Below, in pieces: positions 40,393 to 53,890 of a stretch of 64,000 nt of DNA. Origin of the DNA: Octopus vulgaris (taxonomy: Eukaryota); assembly GCA_951406725.2 (NCBI GenBank), contig OX597818.1:20832001-20896000 (forward strand). Reading direction: 5' to 3'. Each line of letters begins with the position of its first letter. The stretch's first letter is position 1. The position numbers were made by a program, and so were the translations under genes. The notes beneath the pieces are model-generated. The model did no database searches. It worked only from the letters and a program-made list of their open reading frames with translations, and was not told the DNA's origin.

Positions 40393-41130
40393 ATCGTATA
40401 TCTTCGAGATTTCAATAATGTGACTGTATATTTTTGGAATGACGTTGTTGGCTATTTGTGTGAGGCTGGATCTGGTTGGTTGGAACATAAAATAGGTAGA
40501 ATATTTGGGCCAGATATGGCTGGTTTGAATAGTAAATGGTTAAAGAGAGTTGCACCGATTAACTAAACACTACTTACTTATTTACAGCAAGGTCAGAATG
40601 ACGGTCGTCAGTCAGTCGGAGACGGCGTCAGTAGGCTAACACTTTATCGATTCTATCTTTGGCGAGACAACTGATTGGAACGTTATAAAACAAAACGAAA
40701 ATAAATAAAAATGGAGATGTCTAAGGGACACAACTAAAGTATTAAAAACTGCTCAAGGTAAATAACTGTCGTAAGGAAGTTAAGAGTTAACTCCCTTGTT
40801 TCAAAACTGTTTATTATACTATTTTATTAACGGAAACGTTTGACTACAACTTTGTCTGCAAGCGAAGATCATATTTTCCGCGCTAGCATGAAAAATAAGT
40901 TTCTGTGGGATTGATTCCTAATTTCTTAAAATAATCTCCTTTCTTAATTGTCATTAGGCTTTTATTTTTCTGCGTCTGAACGCGCGTAGCTTAATGATTA
41001 GGAGTTCAATTTCTGGACTGGGCACATCTTTGTGTCTTAACTCTGAGTAAGAAATTTCATTTTTTCGTTGCTTCAGTCTACTCACCTAGAAATGAGTATC
41101 ATCTGAGCCCTCTCTCTGTCTCTCCCTCTG

Positions 41131-41164
<34 letters not shown>

Positions 41165-42194
41165 CAGTTATCTCACCCTTCATGTACCGCTGGATCAAAG
41201 GGTCGAAGGGTCGAGAAGAGGATGCCTGTGTCTGCTCGCTAAAACAGAAGCACCTAAATCAATTAGGGAACCATACTTGTTCGAGTATCCTTTTGAATGT
41301 ATCATTGAGTAAATAACCCCCTACCTATGATATATTTTACACATATGATTTATAAATATTTTCAAACGGGGAGCAGAATTTGAACGTCGTGGCGTATTAG
41401 TGGCACATGGGATACTGACTGTGCAATTAAGATTCAATTTCCAGAAGTGCAAGTTACCCTTATTTCGCTAAGTTGCTGTTGATGCTGTTATATTTAACCC
41501 CCACCATCCGGTGTATTTTTATACCCAAGCCTACATTACCGGTGTCCTTTTTTAAAATGTGTAAATGTATGGTTTTAAAGAGATTTGGTTGCTATTTCTA
41601 GCAGGGTGAGCGACCACATAGAAGTATCTTCTTGGTGTGAGGACCCTTCGAATGCAGATTGCGTGTGTGTGTGTGTGTGTGCATGCGTTCGCACCCCGTG
41701 CGTGTGTGTGTGTGTGTGAAAAGAGTATGCGTATTGTGCGTATGTATGTTTGCATATATTTGTCAGTATGGGACCGTGTAGTGTGGTGGATGAAAGGATA
41801 ATCTTCCAAACATATCCTCCTCCACCCTATATTCATTCCTCCCCCTTAACCACCACCTCAGACATACTGAAGTACTTTAAAAACTCATCAATCATAGCTG
41901 GTTACTGAAATGAAAAGGATGTAGAAATTATTCATTGTGCCTCTACATTTCTCTGTGTGTGTGTGTGTGTGTGTGCGCGCTTTCGTATGCATGCATGCGT
42001 ACGTGCACGGTTACGTGTAGCTAATACTGTCTGCCCCATTTTCTACAACGACAAGCACCACAAATGTCTTCTGAACTAACGAATGGGCCATTAGGTGATC
42101 GCTCGACTTGTTAATAATAACAGCCAAAACAGCCAATTCTTTCTTAAACGGCATCTCTACCCTCTTATGCAAAAAAAGACACAGAAAATATAAT

Positions 42195-42225
<31 letters not shown>

Positions 42226-42227
<2 letters not shown>

Positions 42228-42450
42228 CGGGAAGCTTACGAAAATAAACAAAAGACGAAGGCAGGTGGAGTACAAACAAACAATTGTATTAGTATGGCGC
42301 TCAGGAATAGAAATAAAACAAGTCTTTTACGTTTCGAGCCTACGCTCTTCAACAGAAAGATACACAGAAAAGAAACACGGAGAGAAACAAGGAGAGAAAA
42401 AAAATTGCATGCAGGAGCTAACGAATTAACATGGCGGTCTGATTTCGGCC
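42226..42450 (-). mobile_element. PLE-type pseudo-LTR fragment with HHR-like motif at 42323-42360
   Basis: ucuuu-CUGUUGA-a-gagc(guag)gcuc-GAAAC-GUA^-aaaga (A6U core variant); ends in (TA)n; homologous to 51070-51243. Confidence 0.65.
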
Positions 42451-42452
42451 AT

Positions 42453-42543
<91 letters not shown>

Positions 42544-42632
42544 TGTACACACACAGATATAGATACACACATACACGCACACACATTTATATATGTATGT
42601 GTGTGTGTATGAATACATACATTATATATATA

Positions 42633-42798
42633 TAGGCGAAGGAGTGGCTGTGTGGTAAGTAGCTTGCTAACCAAGCACATGGCTCCAGTTTCAGTCCTAC
42701 TTAGGCGAATGTCTTCTACTATAGCCTCGAGCCGACCAAAGTCTTGTGAGTGGATTTGGTAGATGGAAACTGAAAGAAGCCCATCGTATACATATATC

Positions 42799-42858
<60 letters not shown>

Positions 42859-43212
42859 TATGTCTGTGTTTGTCCCCCCACCATCGCTTGACAACCGATG
42901 CTGGAGCACCGCCTTTAGTCAAGCAAATCGACCCCAGGACTTATTCTTTGTAAGCCTAGTACTTATTCTATCGGTCTCTCTTGCCGAACCGCTAAGTTAC
43001 GAGGGCGTAAACACACCAGCATCGGTTGCCAAATGCAGATACACAAACATATGTATACATACATATATACAGCGGGCTTCTTTCAGTTTCCGTTCACCAA
43101 ATTCACTCACAAGGCTTTGGTCGGCCCGAGGCTGTAGCAGAAGACACTTGCCCAAGGTGCCACGCAGTGGGACTGAACCCGGAATCATATGGTAAGCAAG
43201 CTACTTACCACA
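42633..43212. mobile_element. Two SINE A copies fused in opposite orientation at about 42900
   Basis: Plus-strand copy to 42900 (accgatgctgg) runs directly into a minus-strand copy (atgctggagcaccgcc) at the shared atgctgg. Confidence 0.75.
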
Positions 43213-43700
43213 TACCTACGAAATCTCTGTATCTCTCTACCTTTCTCTCGATCCTTTTTTTTTTTATATATATATACCTGTCTATCCGTCCGTTCGTTTG
43301 TCTGTTCACATCTCCACTTACATCATACCTTCCAAACCCTCTCTATATCGCTCTCCCTCATTCCATATTACCTGACTTCCACTGACTTTCCTTCCTTCTT
43401 CTCTCTCCCTCTCCCTCTCTTTTTTTCATCCTATTACACTGTCGTTCTAATCACTCTGTCACCTTAATCCTTCTTTTCACCCACCACCACCACCACCACC
43501 ACCACTCCCTCCTTCTTTACCTTACCACTTTCACCCTCCCAATCTTTCACCTTATCACTCACATTCCCTTTCCGTTTGACACTCTCACTCTCACAACACC
43601 TCTAAATCTCTCATTCAAATCATACTTATCTGTCTTTCTCTCACCTCCCACAACCACTCCATCTCTCTCTCTCTCACACACACATACGCACACACACACA

Positions 43701-43738
<38 letters not shown>

Positions 43739-43764
43739 TCTCCCACAGCCACTACCACTCCGTC

Positions 43765-44266
43765 TCTCTTCTTCTTCTACTTCTCCTTCTTCTTCTTTTT
43801 CTTCGCCTCCTCCTCCCCCTCCCACTCCCCATCCTTCTTCTCCTTCTTCTTCTCCTTCTTCTTCTTCGCCTCCTCCTCCTTCCCCTCCCCCTCCTCCTCC
43901 TTCTTCTCGTCCTCCTCCTCCTTCTTCTCGTCCTCCTCCTCCTTCTTCTTCTTCTTCTCCGCCTCCTCCTCCTCCTTCTTCTTCTCCCTCTTCTTCTTCC
44001 TCTTCTTCTTCTTCTTCCTCTTCTTCTTCCCCTTCTTCCTCTTCTTCTTCCCCTTCTTCCTCTTCTTCTTCCTCTTCTTCTTCCCCTTCCTCTTCTTCTT
44101 CCCTTTCCTCTTCTTCTTCCCCTTCCTCTTCTTCTTCCCCTTCCTCTTCCTCTTCTGCTTCCTCTTCCTCTTCTTCTTCTTCTTCTTCTTCTTCTTCTTC
44201 TTCTTCTTCTTCTTCTTCTTCTTCTTCTTCTTCTTCTTCTTCTTCTTCTCCTCCTTCTTCTTCTTC
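43765..44266. repeat. Polypyrimidine (CTT/CCT)n tract of about 500 bp
   Basis: Seen directly in the sequence. Confidence 0.95.
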
Positions 44267-44597
44267 ACCTCATCTTTTCTCCTTTTCCACTGACCGACAT
44301 ATTTCCTGTTATTCTCAAATCAGAACATTCTGGAAAGCTCGATTTCAGTCTTATTGTTTCTATAAGAAGATTTACAAAGTAATTTAATGTTGTTTTTTTT
44401 TTACTTTGCTTATGTTTTAATTCTTTATTTTTTTTTTTTTTTTCTATTTAATTCTTTTGAAGGAGAATGATTTATTTTACGTCATGTTTGTATTATGTTA
44501 GACTGTTTATTTTTCTTTCTCTATTTTAAAAGGTTCTACAATCAAAATTAACCTTTACTTTACCTTCGCCTTCTCTTGCTCCCTCACACACACACTG

Positions 44598-44898
44598 TGG
44601 AGGCACATGGCCTAGTGGTTAGAGCAGTGGACTCGTGCTCGAGGGATCGCGGGTTCGAGTCTCAGACCGGGTGATGTGTGTGTTTATGAGCGAAACACCT
44701 AAGCTCCACGCGGCTCCGGCAGAAGGTAATGGCGAATTTCTGCTGACTCTTTCGCCATAACTTTCTCTCGCTCTTTCCTCCTGCATCTTGCGGCTCACCT
44801 GCGACGGATCGGTGTCCCGTCCAAATGGGGAACCTATACCCCAAGGAAACCGGGAAACCGGCCCGCATGAGCCAGGCGTGGCTCGAGAAGGAACAAAC
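44598..44898 (+). mobile_element. tRNA-derived SINE family C, full length
   Basis: A box tggcctagtgg, B box ggttcgagtc; 3' region cctgcgacggatcggtgtcccgtcca...ggaaaccggg. Confidence 0.8.
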
Positions 44899-45231
44899 TC
44901 ACACACACACACGTCGCTTCATTCAAATAAAAGTCCTTATTCTTTTTCTTTCTCTATATATCTGGCGAAATCCGTCCACATGTTCGTTTTGTTGTTCAGG
45001 GAGAACTCTATTTTTACCATGGAATCTATTGACAAAATGTAATCATGTATAGATGTGAAACTTATATCCACAACTCATTCTCCACACATGCCCTCTATGT
45101 AAGGTGAAGGCATGGCTGTGAGATTAATAGCACGCTTTGTAACCTACAGGTTTCGGGTTCAGTTCCACTTCGAGGTACCTTGAACAACTGGCTGGTACTA
45201 TAGCTCCGGATGTTGCGAAATGCCTTGTGTG

Positions 45232-45270
<39 letters not shown>

Positions 45271-46382
45271 CGTGACTGTGTGGTAAGAAGTTTGCTTCCC
45301 AATCCTGGGTTCAGTCCCACTACGTGGTACCTTGGGCAAATGTCTTCTACTATATCCTCAGGCCGACAAAAGCCTTGTGAGTGGATTTGATTGACGGAAA
45401 CTAGGACAAGTCTGTCGTATATATGTGTATGTGTGTTTGTTCACCCTCACCATTTGGCAACCGTTGTTGGTGCGTTTACGTCCTTGTAACGTAGCGTTAC
45501 GGCAAAAGAGACCGATAGAAATAGTACTAAGCTTAAAAGAAAAACAGAAAAGAAGTACTGGAGTCGATTCGTTCGACTAAAAATTCCCCAAGGCGGGAAA
45601 CAAATAAAGTATAAAAGACATGAGCAAACCTGTGCCTGTGTACAAAGATATATTAGACAAATTCCTTAATACATTTTCATGAGAATTTTCTGTTAATGTA
45701 ACGTAAACGGCTTTCTTTCTTTCTTTCCTTCTTCCTTTCCTTCTTTCTTTCTTTCTTTCATTCTCTCTTCCTTTCTTTCTTTCTTTCTTTCACAACCTTG
45801 TCAGCCTATTTTTACTAAATTCTCTTCCCTAGTCTCGACAACTTAACCACTTTCCTCTGGGTTTTTTCTGTTTTCCATTTTTTTTTTTCATTTTTTAAAT
45901 TTTCTAATTAATTTGAACTTTTGTTCTTTTTGTTGTTCCTTTTTAGGCATAAATCACTTTTTCTATAGAAGTATTTACCTTAAAACTTCATATAGAACCC
46001 GAAGGACACACAGGTGATTATAGTACTTACGTTCAAATCTACCAGAACGTATTAAGAATAGATGAGCAAGTCATCATTTCGAATCTCGATATTCACAGTG
46101 CATATAACAATTTATTATCAGTTAACAGATATTAGCACTGATCAGGGAACAGCTTGTTCGCTGAAATTATAAACAAAGCCATCGGTTGCTTTTTTTAGAT
46201 TCAATGGCCCGAGTACTTTTCGTAACACCAGTGTCCTGGAATCCCTTGTACTAATGAACCGAGTGTTATGAACATATGGCCGTTGTAAAGGTAAAGCAAT
46301 TCGCTAGTGACGAACACAACAGTGATTAGCCTACTTACGTTCGATTCTATTGAATTTATTAGGAATAAATATATAAATATAT

Positions 46383-46539
46383 AGGCGCAGGAGTGGCTGT
46401 GTGGTAAGTAGCATGCTTACCAACCACATGGTTCTGGGTTCAGTCCCACTGCGTGGTACCTTGGGCAAGTGTCTTCAACTATAGCCTCGGGCCGACCAAA
46501 GCCGTAGACGGAAACTGAAAGAAGCCCGTCGTATATATG

Positions 46540-46596
<57 letters not shown>

Positions 46597-46815
46597 TTAT
46601 ATGTTTGTGTGTCTGTGTTTGTCCCCCCAACATCGCTTGACAACCGATGCTGGTGTGTTTACGTCCCCGTAACTTAGCGGTTCGGCAAAAGAGACCGATA
46701 GAATAAGTACTAGGCTTACAAAGAATAAGTCCTTCAGTTGATTTGCTCGACTAAAGGCGGTGCTCCAGCATGGCCGCAGTCAAATGACTGAAACAAGTAA
46801 ACGAGTAAAAGAGTA
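46383..46815 (+). mobile_element. SINE family A reference copy: tRNA-like head, CORE-like block, internal microsatellite, conserved tail
   Basis: A box tggctgtgtgg, B box gggttcagtccc, accttgggcaagtgtctt, (TA)n/(TG)n centre, tail gactgaaacaagtaaa; more than 15 homologues in the window. Confidence 0.9.
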
Positions 46816-46992
46816 AATCACCGTCCCACGTAGAAAGGCTCTTTTTTTTTTAATCAAAATCAAGATCTAAATTAGAGATAGCATGAATACATACATGGTA
46901 TTCGGCTGCAAAATTTGTTGGGGGTTTGTTGTTGTTTTTTTTCTTTTTCTGCCTAATTTTAATACGCAAACAACAGTAATGCAATAAAGATT

Positions 46993-47582
46993 ATAGTAAT
47001 ACCTCACTTTATGGGATATTACGAAACCCCCGTGTTCACGAGTTTTATTTTTTAGTTCATATTTGTATGGTGAGATGAAATTTTTCAAGCGAAAGATCAA
47101 AATTTTGAATGAAGTGCAAATGTTTCTACTGCCATAACAAATGCTTCTGCGTGTTACCGAAAAATTTATTGAGAGCGAAAAAAAAAAACTTCTAAGCAAA
47201 CAACTCTAGACTTGTTTTTTAAAAAGAAATCTACAAGCCCGTCTACGAGTGCTTGTGAATCGCCGATTGCGTCTACAAGTGATGGTATGCGCGAGTCTAG
47301 TGCGAATGAAAGTGTTTCAAAAAATAATTATAATGATAATAATTGTTTTATTATAAATAATCTTGATATTCTTTTTACTTCACATAAGATATTCTTTACA
47401 TTCTGCTGTTGTTTTATTACCATATATTTACGAATATTATAAATTGTTTTAAGTAAAATATTTTTTCTGGGAACGAATTATGATTTATAACATTGCTACT
47501 ATGGGAAATTATCTGCTTTACGAATTTTCGCTTTACGAGCTGTCTCCGGGAACAAATTAACTCATATATCGAGCATTACTGT
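46993..47582. mobile_element. Possible decayed pogo/Tigger-like MITE
   Basis: Right end reads TA-CAGTAATGCTCGA on the minus strand; the left end is only weakly similar. Confidence 0.35.
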
Positions 47583-47797
47583 ATTTTTTTTTTTAGATTA
47601 TTTCTTTTATTTGTTTCCTCATAACTTTCAGAAAACTGAATTCGTTATAATGAAATTTCCTGTGTAGCAAGAAGCTTGCTTTCCAACTACATAGCTCCAG
47701 GTTCAGTCCCATTATGTGGCACCTTGAGCAAGTGTCTTCTACTGTAGCCGACCAAAGCTTTGAGAGTGGATTTGGTAGTAGACGGGAAAGGAGCCTG

Positions 47798-47955
<158 letters not shown>

Positions 47956-49124
47956 ATGTGTGTCATTTTTGTCCCCCACCACCGCTTAGCAACCCATGTT
48001 TACGTTCTCGTAACGTAGCGGTTCGGCAAAAGAGAATGATAGAATAAGTACCAAACTTAAGGGGGAAAATAAGTGATGGGGTCGATTCATTCGACTAAAA
48101 ATTCTTCAAGGCGGTGTCCCAGTCTAATGACTGGGGTGTCGTAGTCTAATGACTGAGGCAAAAGACAAAAGATATCTTCAGATGCTACTCATTGAAAAGT
48201 GAAGGAAATTGGAATATGATGATTACTTAATGCACTTTATATATACACATTATACACTTTATGCACAATTTTATAGACTTTAATACGCAGCACTCTCCCT
48301 CTTTCTCTCTCATTCTTCACCTTCCCCTCTTTCTCTCTTTTTTTTTTTTTTTTCGCCCTTCGACTTTCATTTCAACTAATCACGTGAAAGCGTTACAAAC
48401 GAGCTAAAAGAACTTAATTAAAAATAAATTACACATTTCATTTACTACCACCCTTTCCCTTCCCTGCCATACCCTCCCATCCTCCCCACCCCCCTACCTA
48501 CATCCTCTCTTCCCCTTCCACTTCAACTAATCACGTGGAAGCGTTACCGACGGGTTAAGTAACGGAAGAACAAGCAGAATTATTAGTATCGCATTTTTTA
48601 ACAAATAGATAAAATTATTTTCAAAGAGTGGATCTCGAAGCACACATAAAGTAATAAATAAGACATTATACTTTAAGCATAGAGCCTGAAATGTTTGTGG
48701 AGCGTGCAATTCGAGCACTTGACTGGTACTTGTTTTAACGACCCTGAAAGGGTGGAAGACAAAATCGACCTCGATGCCGTTTGAACTCAGAACGTAACGC
48801 CGCTAAGCATTTTGTGCGGTGCGGTAACGATTCTAAGATTATTGGTTCTAAGATTTCGTCTTGTCTGCTCATTTTCAATCTTTTGTACTCTTAAAATTGC
48901 AAAACCCTATAGTTGGATAGTCATGGCTGGAACACCTTTCAATATGGGTTTACTCAATCAGAGCTGATTTAGGGCCAAACAACTACAGTAGCAATAACAA
49001 CAATAAAAATGCCAACAAGACTTAAGAGGCAAAACATCTTCGACCATGCGCCTGCTTGATCAGGCTTCAGTTATGGTTTAAACAATTCCACAACTAACAT
49101 TAAAAACTGAGAAAATTTGATTCT

Positions 49125-49247
49125 ACTTTAGCGTGCGGTCTGCCACTATATCTGTAGTCTGCGCTGTGAAAGGACCCGATCTGGGTTAGGATTATGTTTA
49201 GATTGCACGGTAAAGTGTAAATGGCCAAGCAGACTGCACGCTAAAGT
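49125..49247. mobile_element. Small MITE-like element with 19-bp TIRs
   Basis: actttagcgtgcggtctgc / gcagactgcacgctaaagt (1 mismatch); a related end lies at about 60335. Confidence 0.6.
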
Positions 49248-49272
49248 GACGCCGAAAATTCTTTCTCGCCTC

Positions 49273-49344
<72 letters not shown>

Positions 49345-49787
49345 GTCTGTCTATCTATCTACTTCAATCTCTTTCTTTGTCTCCCTCTCTCTCCCTCTCC
49401 TCCTCTCTTTCTCTCAGATTAAAAGAGAAACAGATACATCAGTAAAAATGGTGGTGTTGATGGTAGTGGTGGTGGTGATGGTAGTGGTGGTGGTGATGGT
49501 GGTGCCAGTAGTATACACGCCAAACTGTCAAATGTCAGTCATTATTAATTTGAAACTGTACTCTGGTTCTTTTTGTTTTAATTAATATTTATAGAATCTA
49601 AAATATTATCTAATTTTTACTTTGGCCTTCCCCACTTCTCCGCTCAAGTGGAGGGGAAGAGGAGATCCGAAGTGATATTTTAATATATGTTGTTGATAAA
49701 GAAGTCATGTCGTCAGTTTAACACCTAGCCTTGGGTAGCATGTGGTGTTGGTGCAACGGTATACATACATACATACATACATACATA

Positions 49788-50412
49788 GAAATAAGAAACA
49801 AGAAATAACAACCTACAGTATGGTAGAAGCAATAACCACTCATAATAAAAAGGACTACTGGTAGAATATCCCAGTAAAAGCCTCAATGAAATGTAAACAT
49901 AATGGACCTGACATAGTAATTGGGCATAGAGAAAAGAAACTTTACAGTTGTGGAAATCAGCTGCCGGGCGGATGCTAAAGATCAACGAAAAAGAAAATAC
50001 TAATGCTGAACTATTGAGGTATCTACAGCTACTCTATCCAGATTACAAGATCAGATTTATATCTGTAATTATTGGGGCACTGGGACATGTAACACAATGT
50101 CTGAAAACCAGTCTTGAGACATTAAACCTCTCAAAACTAAAAAGGAAAAATTAGACTTCTCAAAACCAGAAGACTACAGATCCAAGCCATCACTGGAATT
50201 TTAAAAATCTGTAAAACTTTCCAGAGGTTCATCAGTTAAGTACATATGAGCATGTCTAGACATGCAGCTGCATGCATGAGAATACATACATAAAACAAAC
50301 ATACAAATCTGCACATATACATACATACAAAAATACCCTGTTGGTGTTGTTGAAATTCCAATGAAGGAGCCTTGAATCTAGGTTAGAAACCGGCTCTTAA
50401 ACTGAATAATGA
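49788..50412 (+). mobile_element. R4/Dong-like non-LTR retrotransposon 3' end (restriction-like endonuclease remnant plus 3' UTR) within (CATA)n
   Basis: CKHNGPDIVI...VVEISC...INEKENTNAELL...FISVIIGALG...RRLQIQAITGILKICKTF fits the PD-(D/E)xK RLE C-terminus; CATA repeats on both sides. Confidence 0.8.
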
Positions 50413-50428
50413 CATACATACATACATA

Positions 50429-50490
<62 letters not shown>

Positions 50491-50492
<2 letters not shown>

Positions 50493-50970
50493 GTAAATCC
50501 TCGAGTATTGTCCGCCTTTGAGTCTAATATGCAGGGGATTTTTAGGTGGGGTGTACCTCTGAAAAACCTAAACCTTGTGGATAATACGCACCCCTTCTCT
50601 AACTTGAGTCAAGGGTGTCTATATAACGTCCTTGGTTTGTAAAAATATATACGGTAACGTCCTTTATTATTATTGTATATATAACATAATGCAAACGTGT
50701 AGCTTTTCTGTGCATTTTGTTTGCAAAAAACAAAGAAATAGCAGTAATAACGTTTAATAAATATTGCTTACTGCAAGTTATGGATGATTCTTTTATGACT
50801 TCATTGCTTTCAGGCTTAGTTTAAGGTATTTTCGCATCCGACATCACAAAATGCATCTGAATAAACATTGGTGGACGGCAAATAGCGACTTGAACATTGG
50901 TTAGAAAATAATTTTCATTTTTAACCTTTAAATTTTGGGAATAAAATGCGGATTATACTCGAGGATTTAC

Positions 50971-50972
<2 letters not shown>
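50491..50972. mobile_element. Tc1/mariner-superfamily (pogo-like) MITE in (TA)n
   Basis: TIR ccgtaaatcctcgagta (17 bp perfect, about 25 bp with 2 mismatches), TA flanks. Confidence 0.85.
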
Positions 50973-51029
<57 letters not shown>

Positions 51030-51032
<3 letters not shown>

Positions 51033-51244
51033 TCTTAATCCGGATAACGCCAAGTATTTCTGCTAGTATAATGGATCGCTAGCCACTACACTTTCTTTAT
51101 TTTTCTCCTTGTTTCTTTCTGTGTTCCTTTCTATGGAAGAGCGTAGGCTCGAAACGTTGAAGACTTTTTCACTTCTCAAGCGTTAAACTAATACATCTGT
51201 TTGTTGTCTACATCACCTGTCTTCGTCTTTTGTGTTTTTTGTAA

Positions 51245-51325
<81 letters not shown>

Positions 51326-51546
51326 AGCATTCACAAAAAACACATAAGACGAAGACAGGTGGTGTAGACAACAAACAGATGTATTAGTTTAACGCTCGAG
51401 AAGTGAAAAAGTCTTCAACGTTTCGAGCCTACGCTCTTCCATAGAAAGGAACACAGAAAGAAACAAGGAGAAAAAATAAAGAAAGTGTAGTGGCTAGCGA
51501 TCCATTATACTAGCAGAAATACTTGGCGTTATCCGGGTTAAAGAAA
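51030..51546. repeat. About 215-bp inverted repeat around (TA)n: PLE-type pseudo-LTR plus Helitron 3' terminus
   Basis: 51030-51243 is the reverse complement of 51331-51546 with few differences; core-mutated HHR-like motifs (CUAUGGA) at 51126-51163 (+) and 51412-51449 (-). Confidence 0.9.
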
Positions 51547-51784
51547 ATAATGAAATTTAAAAACCTCTTCTAGATTACGCAGGTCTCAACTGCTAGTAGC
51601 TGAGATACCAACTTTCTATGTAACTCTACAACCGATGCCAACATAGAACATAAACATTAAGTGAAATGTGAAAAGAAACTTTCCAAGTCGTATATTATAT
51701 AAAGTAAATACACGTTTGTCTAACTTATTTTGTAACCAAAAAAAAAACAGGTACAGATTATAAACAATGAAAAGTAGTGCATAG

Positions 51785-51823
<39 letters not shown>

Positions 51824-53890
51824 ACAGCGAATATATCACGTTATTGTTTCACTTTTATATACACAGTTATACATTCATGTATGTCAGTCGAAAAGTGAAA
51901 GTGTAATAGTAATACTTTAACACTCAATGGTTTTACACTTCTGTGGACCTACTATTCATGTAAGTGTTTTCTGTCTTGCTATGTTTATCACTGAGAATGT
52001 AGAGGTTCTTTTCATCTCCAACTCAAGAACATCCAACATACAGCTGATCATGTGAGAAGCAAGGTTGAAGGAAGTTAAGTCCCATAACCTTTAGTGATTG
52101 CCCTTGTGCTTTGTTGACAGACATTGCAAAGCTAAGTTTGACAGGAAACCGCAGTCTCTTGAACTGAAAGGGGAGATAATCTGAGATGAGAGGTATCCTT
52201 GGAATGAAGACATTCTCACCCATCATATTGCTATGATGAAGAGGTTTCACAGCTGCATAGGTGACTTGCACATTTGTGCCTCTGTCAGAGTGGCGTCCCA
52301 GTGTGCATAATCTTCCAGAAGACTTCTGAGATGGCAAGCCTAATGATATGCTTGACATACTGTGTTATCAACCACAAGTAAGGCTGTAAATGATGTGGGT
52401 CCCTTGACATGGTGTAATAGAAGCCTTAGATAGTAGCACTCTGAGTAGTTGGGATGGACAACATAGACTCTACCAAGTGTGTCTGATTTCTTGATTCCCG
52501 GATGATGTGTGAGTGCTCCAAGTGCATGTCTTTTCCATTTGTTTTGGTACCAGGTATAGAACTGTGGAACTTCATTGTATAGCAGTCTTGTAGTAAATTC
52601 ATCATCTTGACAGAGCTTGGAGAATGCTGTGAGTATGGCATTTTTGGGAGCTTCCGTTTGTATTTGGACTGTGTCTGTCAGTCTGCTGCCTCTGAGATCG
52701 AGGACAATGTCACGCTTGTCATGTTCTTGCCCAACCAGAAGCACAGCTATTTCATTTGCAGTTGGTGCATTAAACCTCCCTCCATGTTGACCAGATGGTT
52801 TCTTGTCTGATCTGATAACTGCCTTGTAATCCATGGAGTCAGGTGGAATTGTTTCAAGTGCAGTCTTGAAGCTTCTGATCAGGTTGTTATGTAGCATCTT
52901 TTGTAGAGACACTACAATGTTCATCTTGATGCCGGAAATGTTCTTGCATGTCTCTTGCCTTTTTTGTTGAGAATCACCCATAAAATATATTTGAAGGAAT
53001 TTTGGTGATTCATTTGACAAAGGTGGTAGAGAGCCAATCTGATGATAAATCTGACCCTGGACCTTAAAAGTTTGCATGAATCCTGGCTCAGTTAAATATT
53101 TTGTGGCTCCAAAGGATGTCATCTGTAGTGCAACATTGTACTGTCTAATTTTGTTCTGGAAGTGCTTGGAATCTTAGTCAGGTGATGACAACAGTTTCTT
53201 CAATGGTTCTGGAGGTTGGGGGATTGCAGGGAGTTTAACCTTTCCACCACGGCAGCACAGTGCAGATGTCTCTCCAGACTACTTCTTTGCTTTACAATGT
53301 ATGCACTCAGTTGTCATTGCACCAATGGAAACTCTTGTGTCATCTGCATAATGAACTGCTGGATCATAATTGAAAGCTGCTTCATAGAAGTTGCTTCTCT
53401 GAGTTGTTGCAACTGCTCTTCGTTCTGCAGTGGAGATCCTATTCCTTGTCAGTCATCCATACCTCTGTTCATCACTTTGAGATACTCGGACTTTTGTAGT
53501 GTACAGTCTGTTTGTTTCTTGGCATGCTTTCCTTTCTGCAGCTGTCTCTCTTTCCCTGGACAGAGACATTCTTTTGACTGACCTTGATATTGTAAACAAA
53601 TTGGGATAACTACAGATTTCTGCCCCCCACCCATCGACTTTGGATGATCATAACTCTCAGAAAATTGGATATTTTTAAATAAAATTTTATACGAATATGT
53701 GTTATATCATGTACATTCTTCTGAATATACAACATTTTGCGGGGTAAGCGTTTTAGGAAGGGATGAGGAATTTCTGAAAATTCATCGGAGTCCACTTCAA
53801 TTCGTCTTCACTTTCAAGGAAAATGGATATTTTTTAATGATATTCTCTACAAATATACCTCGGACTATGTAGATTCCGAGGACATAATAA
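51510..53890 (-). mobile_element. Internally deleted Helitron (5' boundary uncertain)
   Basis: 3' end cccggataacgccaagtatttctgCTAG|t at 51510; RepHel remnants inside. Confidence 0.85.
51925..53400 (-). pseudogene. Helitron Rep/helicase remnant
   Basis: IGAMTTECIHCKA..CCRGGKVKLP, MTSFGA..FKVQGQIYHQIGSL, GRFNAPT..RDIVL, YYLRLLLHHVKGPTSF and the Pif1 C-terminus FPVKLSFAMSVNKAQGQSL..FSHDQLYVGCS; Rep catalytic core and most helicase motifs are deleted; stops and frameshifts. Confidence 0.9.

Noticed and set aside
44598-44675. tRNA gene
   Set aside because: A and B boxes are present but there is no full cloverleaf, and it continues into a SINE body.
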